Shown here in pieces: positions 29,720 through 39,655 of a stretch of DNA of 64,000 nucleotides (position 1 is the stretch's first letter; each line of letters starts with the position of its first letter). Where the stretch lies: the NCBI RefSeq assembly GCF_002633015.1, contig NZ_NSIU01000011.1, forward strand, positions 5,184 to 69,183. The letters run 5' to 3'. Both the position numbers and the translations under genes were made by a program. Source of the DNA: Sulfuricurvum sp. PD_MW2 (lineage in GTDB: Bacteria; Campylobacterota; Campylobacteria; Campylobacterales; Sulfurimonadaceae). Under the pieces are notes generated by a model. That model saw nothing but the letters and a program-made list of their open reading frames with translations. It searched no databases and was not told the origin of the DNA.

Positions 29720-31843
29720 GTGGCATTATCCTACTCATCATTGCATGCACTCAGAAGCATTGTGGCATCAACGATCAACGACTCAGATATTATCGTCATC
29801 GACTCAACACCTACCCTTTATCGCTACTCTGTTCAAGGTCACTATCAAAAACATGCCAATATGAAAGGGATACAATCGTATCCAAACCGTTATGGGAGTT
29901 CCGTCTCTATCACTAACAATGCCCAATTCGGGTTGGTGTGTGATGCAGCCAATGAACGGGTCCTCGTTTTATCACTGGAACCCGTCAAACTACTCTCTAT
30001 GATTACAATGATCAAACCCGATGTTGTCCTCTTTAGCGATGATAACCATTACTTTGCGATTGGGAGCAATACGGGGCGATTAAAAGTATATGAACTGCTT
30101 GCATGCAAAGAGCTCTGCGAAATTCACCTACCTGATGGGATAGTCTGTGCCGCTTTTTCAAAAGACGGGAAAAAATTAGCGATTTCTACGATGGATAAAA
30201 AAGTTCATATTCTCTCACTTGCTACCAAAAAAATTACAAACGTTTTCAAAGTAGAAGATATCGTCGAATCGCTCACCTTCTCATCCGACAACAATAAAAT
30301 CGTCGGATTCACCCGTCTGGGATCAACATTTGTTTTTAATATTTTGCACAAGCAGCAATTTTTGGGCGATTCATCCTTGGAGTGGCCTACCCATATAGCA
30401 TCCGGTTTTAACGATCATGTCATTTTGCTAGGGACACGAAGCAATCAACTGTTGATCTACAATAATTCCGATGGGGCAAAACTCGGACGCGTTAGTTTGG
30501 ATTACTGGGGAATAACCTCTATCTGTGCTTCATCTGAAAAAGTTTTTGTCGGTTTTTCCGATGGAAACGGTGTCATCATAGATTTGCACGATCCGATCGA
30601 AGAGGCATCACAAGCCATAGAAAGCAACAATATCAGTAAACTCATTTTGCTTGCAGCCGAAAATCCGTTAATCTTTGTCAATAATGAACTCTGTAAAAAA
30701 ATCGAAAAACTTTATGAAACAGTTTTTCATTTTCACCCTACCAACCCACAAGAGCGTAAGGGATACGAAACCATTGTAGCGTTGATGATTGCGGATAGCG
30801 CTATTCGACGAGAATTGATGCAAACCCTTTATGCTTCCGAAGAGATCGCCCCTTTTATGGAAAATATCTCGACCGGAAACTCGCAGCAAGCCTGCTCAAC
30901 CGCTTTTGATGCACCTCTGCTGCGTCAGCTTAGAGAGTTTCATGAAGTACGCACCAATTGTCTCAAAGAGCTGATGCTCGAGATAAAAGTTTTGGACAAC
31001 GATCCTGAAAAATTTAAAGAATATATCGAATCTGTCCCATCGAGCTGCTCGGCGTGTGTACACAGTATCATCCCAAGTCCGGACATTCTCGAAGAAAACT
31101 ACAAGAAACTTGTTTCCAGTGCTTCGGCAAATAACTACTCCGCATTGCTCGAAATCACGGAACAATTCGGTGCTCTTCGACAAACAAAAGTCTACCGCAG
31201 ACTCATGAATTACGGGGAAGCGCTCATCGATAAAACACTGATGATGATAGCCTCAGGCAAAATGAATGAAGCCGATATTTATGCTACGAAATTATCCCGG
31301 ATCAAACCATTTGCCCTTACGGGCAATGATTTCAAAAATCAGATCAAATCGTTCGATGCATTTTCTAATGCGGCAAAATCCAATGATCTGATCAAACTCT
31401 TTGCTTTGGCATCGGAATATCCGGCCCTGCGAACAACGGAAATTTTCAGAGTACAACTTGAAAACTACAAAAAAAACATCTTGATCCCTGCAAGTCCTCT
31501 TATCAAAAAAGGGGAAGTTTCCAAAGTTTTAACACTGCTATCGCCTTATGCATCCATCGAGTATTTTGAAGAAAAAAACTTTATTCTTTTGAAAAAAGCT
31601 CTCATCCACGAAATCGGTTTATATGCCCCTTTTGGTGAAGAACAAGCCCTTTTGGATCGCTATCACAACTGCTATGGATGGGATGCGGAGTATGCACAGG
31701 TCTGTCTGAGTCTAAAAATCGCTCCAAATCTCAGTAAAAAACTCGACGAAGTATCGCAAGAATGCAAAAAACTAACTACATTTTTAACAGGAGAAAGAAA
31801 TTTGAGAATTGTCCCCAATCAGGAGAGTGTGAATGAGGAATGA
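29720..31843 (+). CDS. WD40-like beta-propeller protein with helical C-terminal region
   Basis: GTG after AGGAGG; repeats such as FSDDNHYFAIGSNTGRLKVY, FSKDGKKLAIS, FSSDNNKIVG. Confidence 0.75.
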   Translation: MALSYSSLHALRSIVASTINDSDIIVIDSTPTLYRYSVQGHYQKHANMKGIQSYPNRYGSSVSITNNAQFGLVCDAANERVLVLSLEPVKLLSMITMIKPDVVLFSDDNHYFAIGSNTGRLKVYELLACKELCEIHLPDGIVCAAFSKDGKKLAISTMDKKVHILSLATKKITNVFKVEDIVESLTFSSDNNKIVGFTRLGSTFVFNILHKQQFLGDSSLEWPTHIASGFNDHVILLGTRSNQLLIYNNSDGAKLGRVSLDYWGITSICASSEKVFVGFSDGNGVIIDLHDPIEEASQAIESNNISKLILLAAENPLIFVNNELCKKIEKLYETVFHFHPTNPQERKGYETIVALMIADSAIRRELMQTLYASEEIAPFMENISTGNSQQACSTAFDAPLLRQLREFHEVRTNCLKELMLEIKVLDNDPEKFKEYIESVPSSCSACVHSIIPSPDILEENYKKLVSSASANNYSALLEITEQFGALRQTKVYRRLMNYGEALIDKTLMMIASGKMNEADIYATKLSRIKPFALTGNDFKNQIKSFDAFSNAAKSNDLIKLFALASEYPALRTTEIFRVQLENYKKNILIPASPLIKKGEVSKVLTLLSPYASIEYFEEKNFILLKKALIHEIGLYAPFGEEQALLDRYHNCYGWDAEYAQVCLSLKIAPNLSKKLDEVSQECKKLTTFLTGERNLRIVPNQESVNEE

Positions 31844-32852
31844 TCCATTCAACACCCAAAATAACGCAAAACTTTTAAAAGAGATCGCTTTTGACATGAA
31901 AGTTTTGTTTGTCGAAGATGAAATTGAAATCCAAGAACAACTAAAACATTTTTTGTCCCGTTTTTTTAGTCGAGTTGACACGGCTGATAACGGGGTAGAA
32001 GCACTGGAACTCTATAATCTTCATACCTACGATCTTGTCATTACCGACCTGACGATGCCGTTTATGGATGGAATAGAACTCTCGGCAAATATTCGCAGTA
32101 TCAAAGATAAACAGCACATCATCGTCGTCTCCGCACACTCTGAGAGTGAAAAGCTTATTGAACTCATCAATATCGGTGTTGATGGGTTTATCCTCAAACC
32201 GATAGATATTCAAAATAGCCTCAAAATGTTGCTAAAATCATGTCAAGCCATATACGATCATAAAATGCTTCACTATTTTAATACTTTGTTGGAACAAACC
32301 AATAATGAATTGCGACAGAGTAACATAGAACTAGAGTGTACGCTAAATCAGCTCGGACGACTGCGAGATGAATATAACCTGCCGAAAGAAGAGGATTATG
32401 TTCCATTTTCAAGTGATTCGTTCACTGATGTGCCTTTAGAGGATTTTTATGCTCAAAACGATCCCGAAGAATTAGAAAGGCTCAATGAAGATTTAGAACA
32501 GATCGAAGATGATTTCAATCTCCTTTTAGTCAGTTTAGATCGAAATACAACCACCAATACGCTCATGCTGTTCAACCAACTGCTGCGCTCATACGCAAAC
32601 CAAATTCATCTCATTCCTCAATGTCATACGCTGGGATACGCACTCATACAGATATCACGACGTATTGATACGGTTGAGATAGAAGAAATTGAGTCTATAT
32701 CGCCTATAATTCCTATGATCACCTCATTATTCGATCATTTAGAGCAGTGGAGACGCGGTATATTTGTTTATCAAAATGTAGATAGCATCCATTTTATGGA
32801 TGAGTATCTCTTGAAAAAAATTGATGAAATCGAAAGATTACTAGCGAATTAA
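31833..32852 (+). CDS. Response regulator with uncharacterised C-terminal domain
   Basis: LFVEDE, ITDLTMPFMDG, FILKP. Confidence 0.85.
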   Translation: MRNDPFNTQNNAKLLKEIAFDMKVLFVEDEIEIQEQLKHFLSRFFSRVDTADNGVEALELYNLHTYDLVITDLTMPFMDGIELSANIRSIKDKQHIIVVSAHSESEKLIELINIGVDGFILKPIDIQNSLKMLLKSCQAIYDHKMLHYFNTLLEQTNNELRQSNIELECTLNQLGRLRDEYNLPKEEDYVPFSSDSFTDVPLEDFYAQNDPEELERLNEDLEQIEDDFNLLLVSLDRNTTTNTLMLFNQLLRSYANQIHLIPQCHTLGYALIQISRRIDTVEIEEIESISPIIPMITSLFDHLEQWRRGIFVYQNVDSIHFMDEYLLKKIDEIERLLAN

Positions 32853-32853
32853 A

Positions 32854-33411
32854 ATGAAACACAAAGAGCAATTATTAACTCTCATTATTGAAGATGCTGT
32901 AAAAAAAGGGGCTCCAATCATCAGATGGGAGTACTCGGCAAACGGCAGAGTGGTGATTTTTCGACATAATCGTATTCCTCAATATTGCATTAATCTCTTT
33001 CAAGCTGCTGATATGCTGATCCATCAATACAATTTGACCAAAGAATACAGTTTTATTTACGCGAAACACGGGATAAATACATCTCAAAAATCATGCGAAC
33101 TTCCTCAAATTTCAAACAGTGGTGACATGGATTATGAAAGCAAATGTATAGAGATGTGTAACGATCTGCTTTTCAGTTCATCTCAACAGTTTAATGTTGA
33201 TACCCAAAATAAAATCTACAGTATCATTCACAAAGCATATGATGGTAATGAGATCAGTAAAGATGGTTTTTTACGTCTTCGAAGCAAACTCTCCGCATTT
33301 TATAGAGACAAAAACTCTTATGCTCAAACGGCCGAAGAGAGAAATAAATTACGCCCGATTATCCGATTTTTTGAAAATATGCGATACGAAGATTTTTTAG
33401 AACTATTTTAA
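32854..33411 (+). CDS. Hypothetical protein
   Basis: 185 aa, 1 nt after the upstream stop; AT-rich; no family recognised. Confidence 0.6.
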   Translation: MKHKEQLLTLIIEDAVKKGAPIIRWEYSANGRVVIFRHNRIPQYCINLFQAADMLIHQYNLTKEYSFIYAKHGINTSQKSCELPQISNSGDMDYESKCIEMCNDLLFSSSQQFNVDTQNKIYSIIHKAYDGNEISKDGFLRLRSKLSAFYRDKNSYAQTAEERNKLRPIIRFFENMRYEDFLELF

Positions 33412-33425
33412 ACAATCTTGTGAGA

Positions 33426-33459
33426 TTGCAACATACTTGCCACACTAACACCCTACACT
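33426..33459 (+). promoter_or_regulatory. TGCAAC direct-repeat promoter, site 3
   Basis: ttgcaac-atac-ttgccac, 10 nt, TACACT. Confidence 0.72.
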
Positions 33460-33491
33460 TTCACATAATTAATTCTTCGTGAAGGAAATAA

Positions 33492-34109
33492 ATGATCCAA
33501 AAAATCGCACTCGCATCTCTTTTTTGTGCCGTTTCAGTCGCTGCAGCACCGATCCAAACCATAAATTTTGACGGAAATCTCAAAATTCCTACCAAAGTTT
33601 TACAAAAAAACGTTCAAAGCCATATCGGTAAGAATGGTGATCAAGATCAGATCAAAGCGATCCTAGAAGAGACGGAAGCATACTATCGTAACCATAACTA
33701 TACGCTCGCATTTGCACAAGCTGAACCGATGGACGAAAAAAATGGGGTAGTCACCGTAAAAATTGGAAAATATGCCGATTTCAATGAGTTTTCTATCGGA
33801 GAAATGAAACGCCGTGCAATTCAAGAAGGTGCTATCAATCAAATTTTCTTTGAAGGAAATGAGAAAATTTCAACTTATCGTCTGATGAAACTGGTTCAAC
33901 CATCCCTTGGCAAAAAAAATACTACTGCCAATCTGGATGAAATCACACTTAATGTCCAAAAATATTATCGAGAACATAACTATGAGTTGGCCTATGCAGA
34001 AGTAAAAAATGTGAATGAGAAAGGGATTGTGACGATTGAAATCAAAAAATATCCTAATTTCAAAGCTCTTTACGCTCGCGAAAACAAAAAACAACCCACT
34101 GCACTCTAA
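33492..34109 (+). CDS. Periplasmic protein with two POTRA-like domains and no beta-barrel
   Basis: Signal peptide; duplicated I.F.GN.KI.T...YYR.HNY.LA.A...G.VT..I.KY. Confidence 0.75.
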   Translation: MIQKIALASLFCAVSVAAAPIQTINFDGNLKIPTKVLQKNVQSHIGKNGDQDQIKAILEETEAYYRNHNYTLAFAQAEPMDEKNGVVTVKIGKYADFNEFSIGEMKRRAIQEGAINQIFFEGNEKISTYRLMKLVQPSLGKKNTTANLDEITLNVQKYYREHNYELAYAEVKNVNEKGIVTIEIKKYPNFKALYARENKKQPTAL

Positions 34110-34112
34110 ATC

Positions 34113-34138
34113 AATAACCTGTTCATGAACAGGTTATT
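34113..34138. terminator. Bidirectional terminator hairpin
   Basis: Perfect 26-bp palindrome AATAACCTGTTCATGAACAGGTTATT between convergent genes. Confidence 0.7.
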
Positions 34139-34157
34139 TCAAATCACACTATTTTTT

Positions 34158-35225
34158 CTATCGTTTTGATCGATGATTGATAAACTGCTGAATCGTTGCA
34201 GGGATATTATTGAGATCTACAATCTCCTGAACTGCTCCGCATTCGACCGCTTTTGCCGGCATGCCGTATACGACACAACGTTTTTGGCTCTGCGCAATCG
34301 TATACGCACCGGCGTCAAACATCTCTTTCATCCCGATCGATCCATCATCTCCCATACCGGTGAGCATCACACCCATTGCATTGGCTCCTGCGGTATTGTG
34401 CACACTCCGAAACAAAATATCAACACTAGGTTTATGACGACTGATTCGCGGTCCATCAAGCAATTTTATATAATATTTTCCTTGACGGTTATCCAAAAGC
34501 ATATGACGATTCCCCGGTGCAATATAAACCGAAGATTCTTCGACCACTTGACCATCTTGAGCTTCATAGACATTCAGCGGACTGATACGATTCAACCGCT
34601 CCGCAAAACTCCCTGAGAATCCAAAAGGAATATGCAAGGTAATCAATATAGGAGGCAAAGGGGGAACAAGTGTGGAAAAAATTTCCATCAAGGTCTCTAC
34701 ACCTCCGGTTGAAGCGCCGATCGCGATTACTTTCGGTCCGGGTATCAACACTTTTTTAACCGGTAAAAGCTCATTCGGATGATTTTTTACCGTTTCGATT
34801 TCAATCACATTTTTTCGATTCGGTTTTCGTTTGGCCTGATACCGATCAATCAAAAAGGTCAGACGCAGAAGCGTATCTTCAACCCGTTTGAAGAACAGTT
34901 CATCACTCTCCCCTATCCCTTTTTTCGCGATAAAACCGACAGCGCCATCATCAAATACATCCTGATGTCGAGAAGCATCCGTAGAGATAACAACCGCCGG
35001 CATCGGATGAAGCCGCATTAGATTACGTAAAAACGACACCCCATCCATTTTTGGCATATTGATATCGATGGTGACCAAATCAGGCTCATGCTGTTTGATC
35101 AGATCACGCGCTTCAAATGCATCAGAAGCGGTCGCAACCACTTTAAAATCCTCCAAACGCGAAATCGTATCGGAGAGGATACGCTGCATCAACGGAGAAT
35201 CATCTATTACTATCACTGTATACAT
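34158..35225 (-). CDS. cheB: Chemotaxis methylesterase (REC plus CheB)
   Basis: IGASTGG, LHIP, HKPSVD, TGMGDDG, VYGMP. Confidence 0.95.
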   Translation of the reverse strand: MYTVIVIDDSPLMQRILSDTISRLEDFKVVATASDAFEARDLIKQHEPDLVTIDINMPKMDGVSFLRNLMRLHPMPAVVISTDASRHQDVFDDGAVGFIAKKGIGESDELFFKRVEDTLLRLTFLIDRYQAKRKPNRKNVIEIETVKNHPNELLPVKKVLIPGPKVIAIGASTGGVETLMEIFSTLVPPLPPILITLHIPFGFSGSFAERLNRISPLNVYEAQDGQVVEESSVYIAPGNRHMLLDNRQGKYYIKLLDGPRISRHKPSVDILFRSVHNTAGANAMGVMLTGMGDDGSIGMKEMFDAGAYTIAQSQKRCVVYGMPAKAVECGAVQEIVDLNNIPATIQQFINHRSKR

Positions 35226-35236
35226 AACTTCAGCCT

Positions 35237-35863
35237 CTAAAATAATGTAACGCCACTATCATCAGCAGGCAATTTTTCTGTTTTTTCGACTTTTTTGGCC
35301 AATGCACGATCGCTTTGTGCGAGGCGCTCTTCCATAGAACGATTGGCAACCGTTTTTGCAATCGTTTTGAATCCGTTGTCCAGCATCACAACCCGGCCGT
35401 TTATCCCGAGGACGTTTTCAGCCGTAATACGGATCCCTTCTGAGCGGCAAAAACTTCGTGCAAAAAGGACATTTCTCTCACCGATATTATCGCTAAGATC
35501 GTGTAGGATATTGGCCCCTCCAGCGATTTTTGCCGTGATATTCTCTTTACGGCACCCTAATTTGTACATTTCATTGAGCATCGTTTCCATGGCATAAAGA
35601 CCAAAACGGCACGATTGCCCCTGTGCACAAGAGGTAGGGAGTAGAAAATGGTTCATCCCTTTGATCCGAGATACGCTGTCATAGAGCATTACGGCAACAC
35701 ATGAACCCAACAACGTTGTAATCGGCATATCGTCTTCATCATACGTAATGGCAAATTCACCACCGATAATTCCGAGTGTAGGTCGGTTTTGAATATATTT
35801 GACCGCGTCAGGACGTGACAATGTCACGACCTTCGAGTCAACCGTTCCTTTGATTATTTTCAT
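35237..35863 (-). CDS. cheD: Chemoreceptor glutamine deamidase
   Basis: TTLLGSCVAV, MNHFLLP, AKIAGGA, IGERNV. Confidence 0.93.
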   Translation of the reverse strand: MKIIKGTVDSKVVTLSRPDAVKYIQNRPTLGIIGGEFAITYDEDDMPITTLLGSCVAVMLYDSVSRIKGMNHFLLPTSCAQGQSCRFGLYAMETMLNEMYKLGCRKENITAKIAGGANILHDLSDNIGERNVLFARSFCRSEGIRITAENVLGINGRVVMLDNGFKTIAKTVANRSMEERLAQSDRALAKKVEKTEKLPADDSGVTLF

Positions 35864-36696
35864 GGTAATTCTTTTACTTTTACAAAAATATTTTGGCCAT
35901 AGCGTTCAACATACGGACTAAGTTCAAGCGGACTTTCCGAATGTCCTAAATAGAGTGTACCGCCCATTCTGAGGGTACGAAAAAGCTTCTTTAAAATTGC
36001 ATTTTGATCTGCTTGACTAAAATAGATAAGAACATTTCGACAAAACACAACGTCAAACCCTTCATTTTTAAACGGATAGCTCTCCGCCATCAGATTGTGC
36101 TGATTGAAGCGCACTCTTCGAGAAAGTGTCTCTTTTACTTTGATCAAATAATCTCCATCTCGACTCGGATGGGGACGGCGCTTGAAATAATTTGCCGGTT
36201 TGATCCAATCGGGAAAATCCTCAGCATTTTTATTCCACTCATAGACACCGTTTGAGGCGTGTTTTAGAACATCCAGATCAATATCCGTTGCTAAGAGCGA
36301 ATAGTTTAGCATCGGACGGCTATATTCCTCTTTGGCCTGTTCCATCGTCATCAAAATCGAATACGGTTCTTCTCCTGTTGATGAAGCCGAGCAATAAATT
36401 TTAAATTCACCGCCTTTTTCAATCGCCTCATGAAATACACGGTTTTTCAAATCGTCAAAATGAAACTCTTCACGGAAAAAATTGGTTTTATTCGTTGTAA
36501 ATGAGCTGATAAACGTCTCAATATGTCTTCCATGTTCAATCGCTGAAAGCACCGCATCAATATCATCATGTCCGACATCGCGTTTGAGTTTATCCAAACG
36601 GTTTGCAATCATGACGTCTTTGTTAGCCCCCAGCGTAATCCCGCTGTGTTTATAGGCTAGTGTTCGAGCCCGTTCAAGCTGTTGCGCTGTGTACAT
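35860..36696 (-). CDS. cheR: Chemotaxis methyltransferase
   Basis: TTNKTNFFRE, ASSTGEEPYS, ATDID, FCRNVLIYF, LGHSE; start placed at MYTAQQ (36696). Confidence 0.93.
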   Translation of the reverse strand: MYTAQQLERARTLAYKHSGITLGANKDVMIANRLDKLKRDVGHDDIDAVLSAIEHGRHIETFISSFTTNKTNFFREEFHFDDLKNRVFHEAIEKGGEFKIYCSASSTGEEPYSILMTMEQAKEEYSRPMLNYSLLATDIDLDVLKHASNGVYEWNKNAEDFPDWIKPANYFKRRPHPSRDGDYLIKVKETLSRRVRFNQHNLMAESYPFKNEGFDVVFCRNVLIYFSQADQNAILKKLFRTLRMGGTLYLGHSESPLELSPYVERYGQNIFVKVKELP

Positions 36697-37174
36697 GAGA
36701 AGACCCAGAACTTTGACGTGAAAGACGCTGCATTTCGTCTTTGTCCAAAATACGGTCAATATCAAGAATAACGATCATTTTATCCTCTTTCTTGAATAAC
36801 CCTTTGAGATATTCGGGAGCGATAGAGGTCCCCATATCCGGCGCTGGATAGAGACGATCAAGTTCAACATTTTCCATATCTGAGACTTCATCCACGACTA
36901 AACCGATCATTCGCATATCTTGCGTTTTTACCGCGATAACAATCGTACGATTGGTATAAATCGGATCATCATTCGTATTAAAACGGACGCGCAGATCGAT
37001 AATAGGAGCAACTTCACCACGCAAGTTGATGACTCCTTTGACCCAGCGGCTAGCATCCGGAATCGGAGTTACAACAGGATAAGTCAGAATCTCTCTTACC
37101 TTGCTGATCTGAATACCGTAGGTTTCATCGCCGAGTTTAAACGTAAGCATTTGGTTACTTTCCATAACTGACAT
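36674..37174 (-). CDS. cheW: Chemotaxis coupling protein
   Basis: LTFKLGDETYG, GVINLRGEVAPIIDLR, GLVVDEV. Confidence 0.95.
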   Translation of the reverse strand: MSVMESNQMLTFKLGDETYGIQISKVREILTYPVVTPIPDASRWVKGVINLRGEVAPIIDLRVRFNTNDDPIYTNRTIVIAVKTQDMRMIGLVVDEVSDMENVELDRLYPAPDMGTSIAPEYLKGLFKKEDKMIVILDIDRILDKDEMQRLSRQSSGSSHVHSATA

Positions 37175-37183
37175 AAGGTGCTC

Positions 37184-39259
37184 CTAATAATTTTTATCTA
37201 AGATGTTCATTGTATCGATAATCAACCCGATGGTTCCATCCCCTCGGACAGTCGCTCCGCCAATTCCCTGTGCATTACGGAAATTTTTATCGAGCGGTTT
37301 GATAACGAATTGCTGCTGATTCATAAACTCATCTACAAACACAGCAATTTTTTGCGCTGCTGATCGAACCACGATCAATAACCCATCTGAGAGTTTTTCA
37401 TGTTCAGGCTCAACATTGAAAATAGAATGAAGTCGGACAATAGGGATAAACTCATTGCGCAACATCAACATTTCGGACTCTTTATCACCGATATGTTTAA
37501 TCATATCTTCACTCGGGTTAAGCGATTCGATGATCGCTGAGAGAGGAAGAATGAATTGCTCTTTCCCTACTCGGATATTGAGCCCATCCAAAATAGCCAA
37601 CGTCAATGGCAACGCGATTGTAAACGTCGTACCATATCCCTCTTCCGTATCTACTTTGATGACACCGCCAAGCTTTTTGATATTGGACATAACAACATCC
37701 ATCCCAACTCCGCGACCGGAAATATCGGTAACCGCTTCAGCCGTAGACAATCCCGGAGCAAAAATCAGCATTGCTTTCTCTTCGGTTGTCATCGACGCAG
37801 CTTGCGACTCATCGATAACACCGTTCTCAATCGCTTTTGCCGTTACTTTCGCAACATTGATCCCGCCGCCGTCATCTTGGATTTTGATAATCATCTGACC
37901 GTTTGCCTGCTCAGCGATCATCATCAGCGTTCCCGATTCCGGTTTTCCGATCGCACGACGACGTTCCGGAGATTCAATCCCATGATCAAGGCCGTTACGA
38001 ACAATGTGCATCAACGGATCGGTCAATCCCTCAATCATCGCCTTATCAATCTCAACCGTCTCTCCCGAATAACGGAAATCGATTTTTTTGTTAAGTTTCT
38101 TAGCCGTGTCGCGGATAACTTTTGGAAATTTCGAGAAAACGGTTTCCATCGGAACCATTCGGACGCTCATAACCGATTCTTGCAACTCACGGATATGACG
38201 ATCGATCAAATCCAAGCGCTCAGAGAGATCCGCTTTGATCTTTTGATCTTCCATCATAGATGTATACTGCGTCAACATAGAGTGAGCGATGACGAGTTCA
38301 CCGATGTTGTTCATCAATCCATCGATTTTTGATAGATCGACACGAATCGAGTTAGAACTGCTATCGGCTTTAAACTTTTTCGATTCTGTGGTCGAAGAAG
38401 CTTTTACTTCACTCTTCACATCTTCTTTAGCTACAACCGGTGCAACTTTTTCTACTACCGGTGTTGCAATCGGTTTTGGTAATTCAGGCTCATCAAAAAA
38501 TCCGAAATCGTCATCATCTGCGACAGATGCAACCGGTGCTGCAACCGCTGCAATCGGCTCATCATCAAAGAATCCGAACTCATCATCCGCAGAAGTGCTT
38601 GATACAGGTGTTGCTGCGACAATCGGTGCGTCATCGAAGAAACCAAATACCTCTTCGAATGAAGGAACATCATGGGTTAGAGAAGTTTCTTCTTCGTCAA
38701 ACATTCCGAATTGTTCCTCTTCCATAAAACCGAAGCCATCTGATTCTGCTGTTATACCGCCGATCGGTCCAAAACAGTTTTCATCATCACTCGGCAGCAA
38801 CAATCCGAACTCATCTGCTGGACCTTCGACTTCAACCATTAGTTCAAGCTCTTCTACTTCTTCACTAAATGCATTGATTTTCGCCAACAAATTTTCTTTG
38901 GTTTGTTGAAAATAATCGGCGCTTAATTCTTCACTTAGCTCAAGATCCAAGATCTCTTTGAGCGCATCAATCCCTTCAATCAGGATTTCGGCCATACTCT
39001 CTTCAAAAGTGAGCTCTCCATTACGGAGACGATCCATAAAAAACTCCAATTCATGCGCAAGCGCGGCGAACTGAGAAAGCTCTACCGAAGCGGAGTTACC
39101 TTTGAGTGTATGGACGGAACGAAACAGCGAATTGACCATTTCATTATCCATATCACCCGATTCTTCAGCCTCGAGCAATAACGTATCAATGGTTTCAAAA
39201 AGCTCTTCAGCCTCTTCCAGAAACATTTGACGATATTTATTGATATCAAAAACTGCCAT
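37184..39259 (-). CDS. cheA: Chemotaxis histidine kinase (no C-terminal receiver, no recognisable P2)
   Basis: FRSVHTLKG, SIRVD, HIVRNGLDHGIE, GRGVGMDVV, LPLTLAI. Confidence 0.95.
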   Translation of the reverse strand: MAVFDINKYRQMFLEEAEELFETIDTLLLEAEESGDMDNEMVNSLFRSVHTLKGNSASVELSQFAALAHELEFFMDRLRNGELTFEESMAEILIEGIDALKEILDLELSEELSADYFQQTKENLLAKINAFSEEVEELELMVEVEGPADEFGLLLPSDDENCFGPIGGITAESDGFGFMEEEQFGMFDEEETSLTHDVPSFEEVFGFFDDAPIVAATPVSSTSADDEFGFFDDEPIAAVAAPVASVADDDDFGFFDEPELPKPIATPVVEKVAPVVAKEDVKSEVKASSTTESKKFKADSSSNSIRVDLSKIDGLMNNIGELVIAHSMLTQYTSMMEDQKIKADLSERLDLIDRHIRELQESVMSVRMVPMETVFSKFPKVIRDTAKKLNKKIDFRYSGETVEIDKAMIEGLTDPLMHIVRNGLDHGIESPERRRAIGKPESGTLMMIAEQANGQMIIKIQDDGGGINVAKVTAKAIENGVIDESQAASMTTEEKAMLIFAPGLSTAEAVTDISGRGVGMDVVMSNIKKLGGVIKVDTEEGYGTTFTIALPLTLAILDGLNIRVGKEQFILPLSAIIESLNPSEDMIKHIGDKESEMLMLRNEFIPIVRLHSIFNVEPEHEKLSDGLLIVVRSAAQKIAVFVDEFMNQQQFVIKPLDKNFRNAQGIGGATVRGDGTIGLIIDTMNILDKNY
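38489..38815 (-). repeat. Six degenerate acidic FGFFD-type repeats in the CheA P1-P3 linker
   Basis: DEFGLL, DGFGFMEE, QFGMFDE, VFGFFDD, EFGFFDD, DFGFFDE separated by Ala/Pro/Val/Ser spacers. Confidence 0.8.
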
Positions 39260-39267
39260 AAATATCC

Positions 39268-39636
39268 TTATCGGCTTAGGACGATTCCCACCGCCTTAAG
39301 AAGCTGCTCCGGTACGAATGGTTTAACAATCCAACCGGTTGCTCCAACTGCTTTACCTTTTGCTTTCATCTCATCATTTTTCTCTGTAGTTAGAGTCAAA
39401 ATAGGAGTTTTAGCGTATGTTGGCAATTTGCGAAGCTCTGTAATAAGTTCAAAACCGTTCATGTTCGGCATATTGATATCGGTAACAACCAAATCAAATA
39501 CTGCAGATTTTGCTTTTACAAGTCCATCAGAACCGTCTACCGCTTCAACAACATCCGGATAACCACCTTCGTTTAAAGCGTATTTAACCATATCACGCAA
39601 CATATTTGAATCGTCTACAATTAGAATTTTTGCCAT
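39268..39636 (-). CDS. cheY: Chemotaxis response regulator
   Basis: Single receiver: ILIVDDS, TDINMPNMNG, WIVKPF; directly upstream of cheA. Confidence 0.93.
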   Translation of the reverse strand: MAKILIVDDSNMLRDMVKYALNEGGYPDVVEAVDGSDGLVKAKSAVFDLVVTDINMPNMNGFELITELRKLPTYAKTPILTLTTEKNDEMKAKGKAVGATGWIVKPFVPEQLLKAVGIVLSR

Positions 39637-39655
39637 TTTTTTTCTCCGTTAAATA

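Noticed and set aside
33426-33445. Sigma54 (-24/-12) reading of the repeat: TGGCAAGTATGTTGCA on the opposite strand here and at 48258
   Set aside because: It would point away from the adjacent genes, and most other copies lack TGGC in the required position. The fixed spacing to a -10 box fits all ten sites.
34113-34138. 26-bp perfect palindrome as an operator or mobile-element end
   Set aside because: It lies between convergent stop codons and I saw only one copy; a bidirectional terminator is the simpler explanation.
36697-36765. Track start for cheR, and other upstream-extended starts (14180, 14814, 17487, 49396, 62041)
   Set aside because: The extensions overlap neighbouring genes and lack family similarity; downstream ATGs fit translational coupling.
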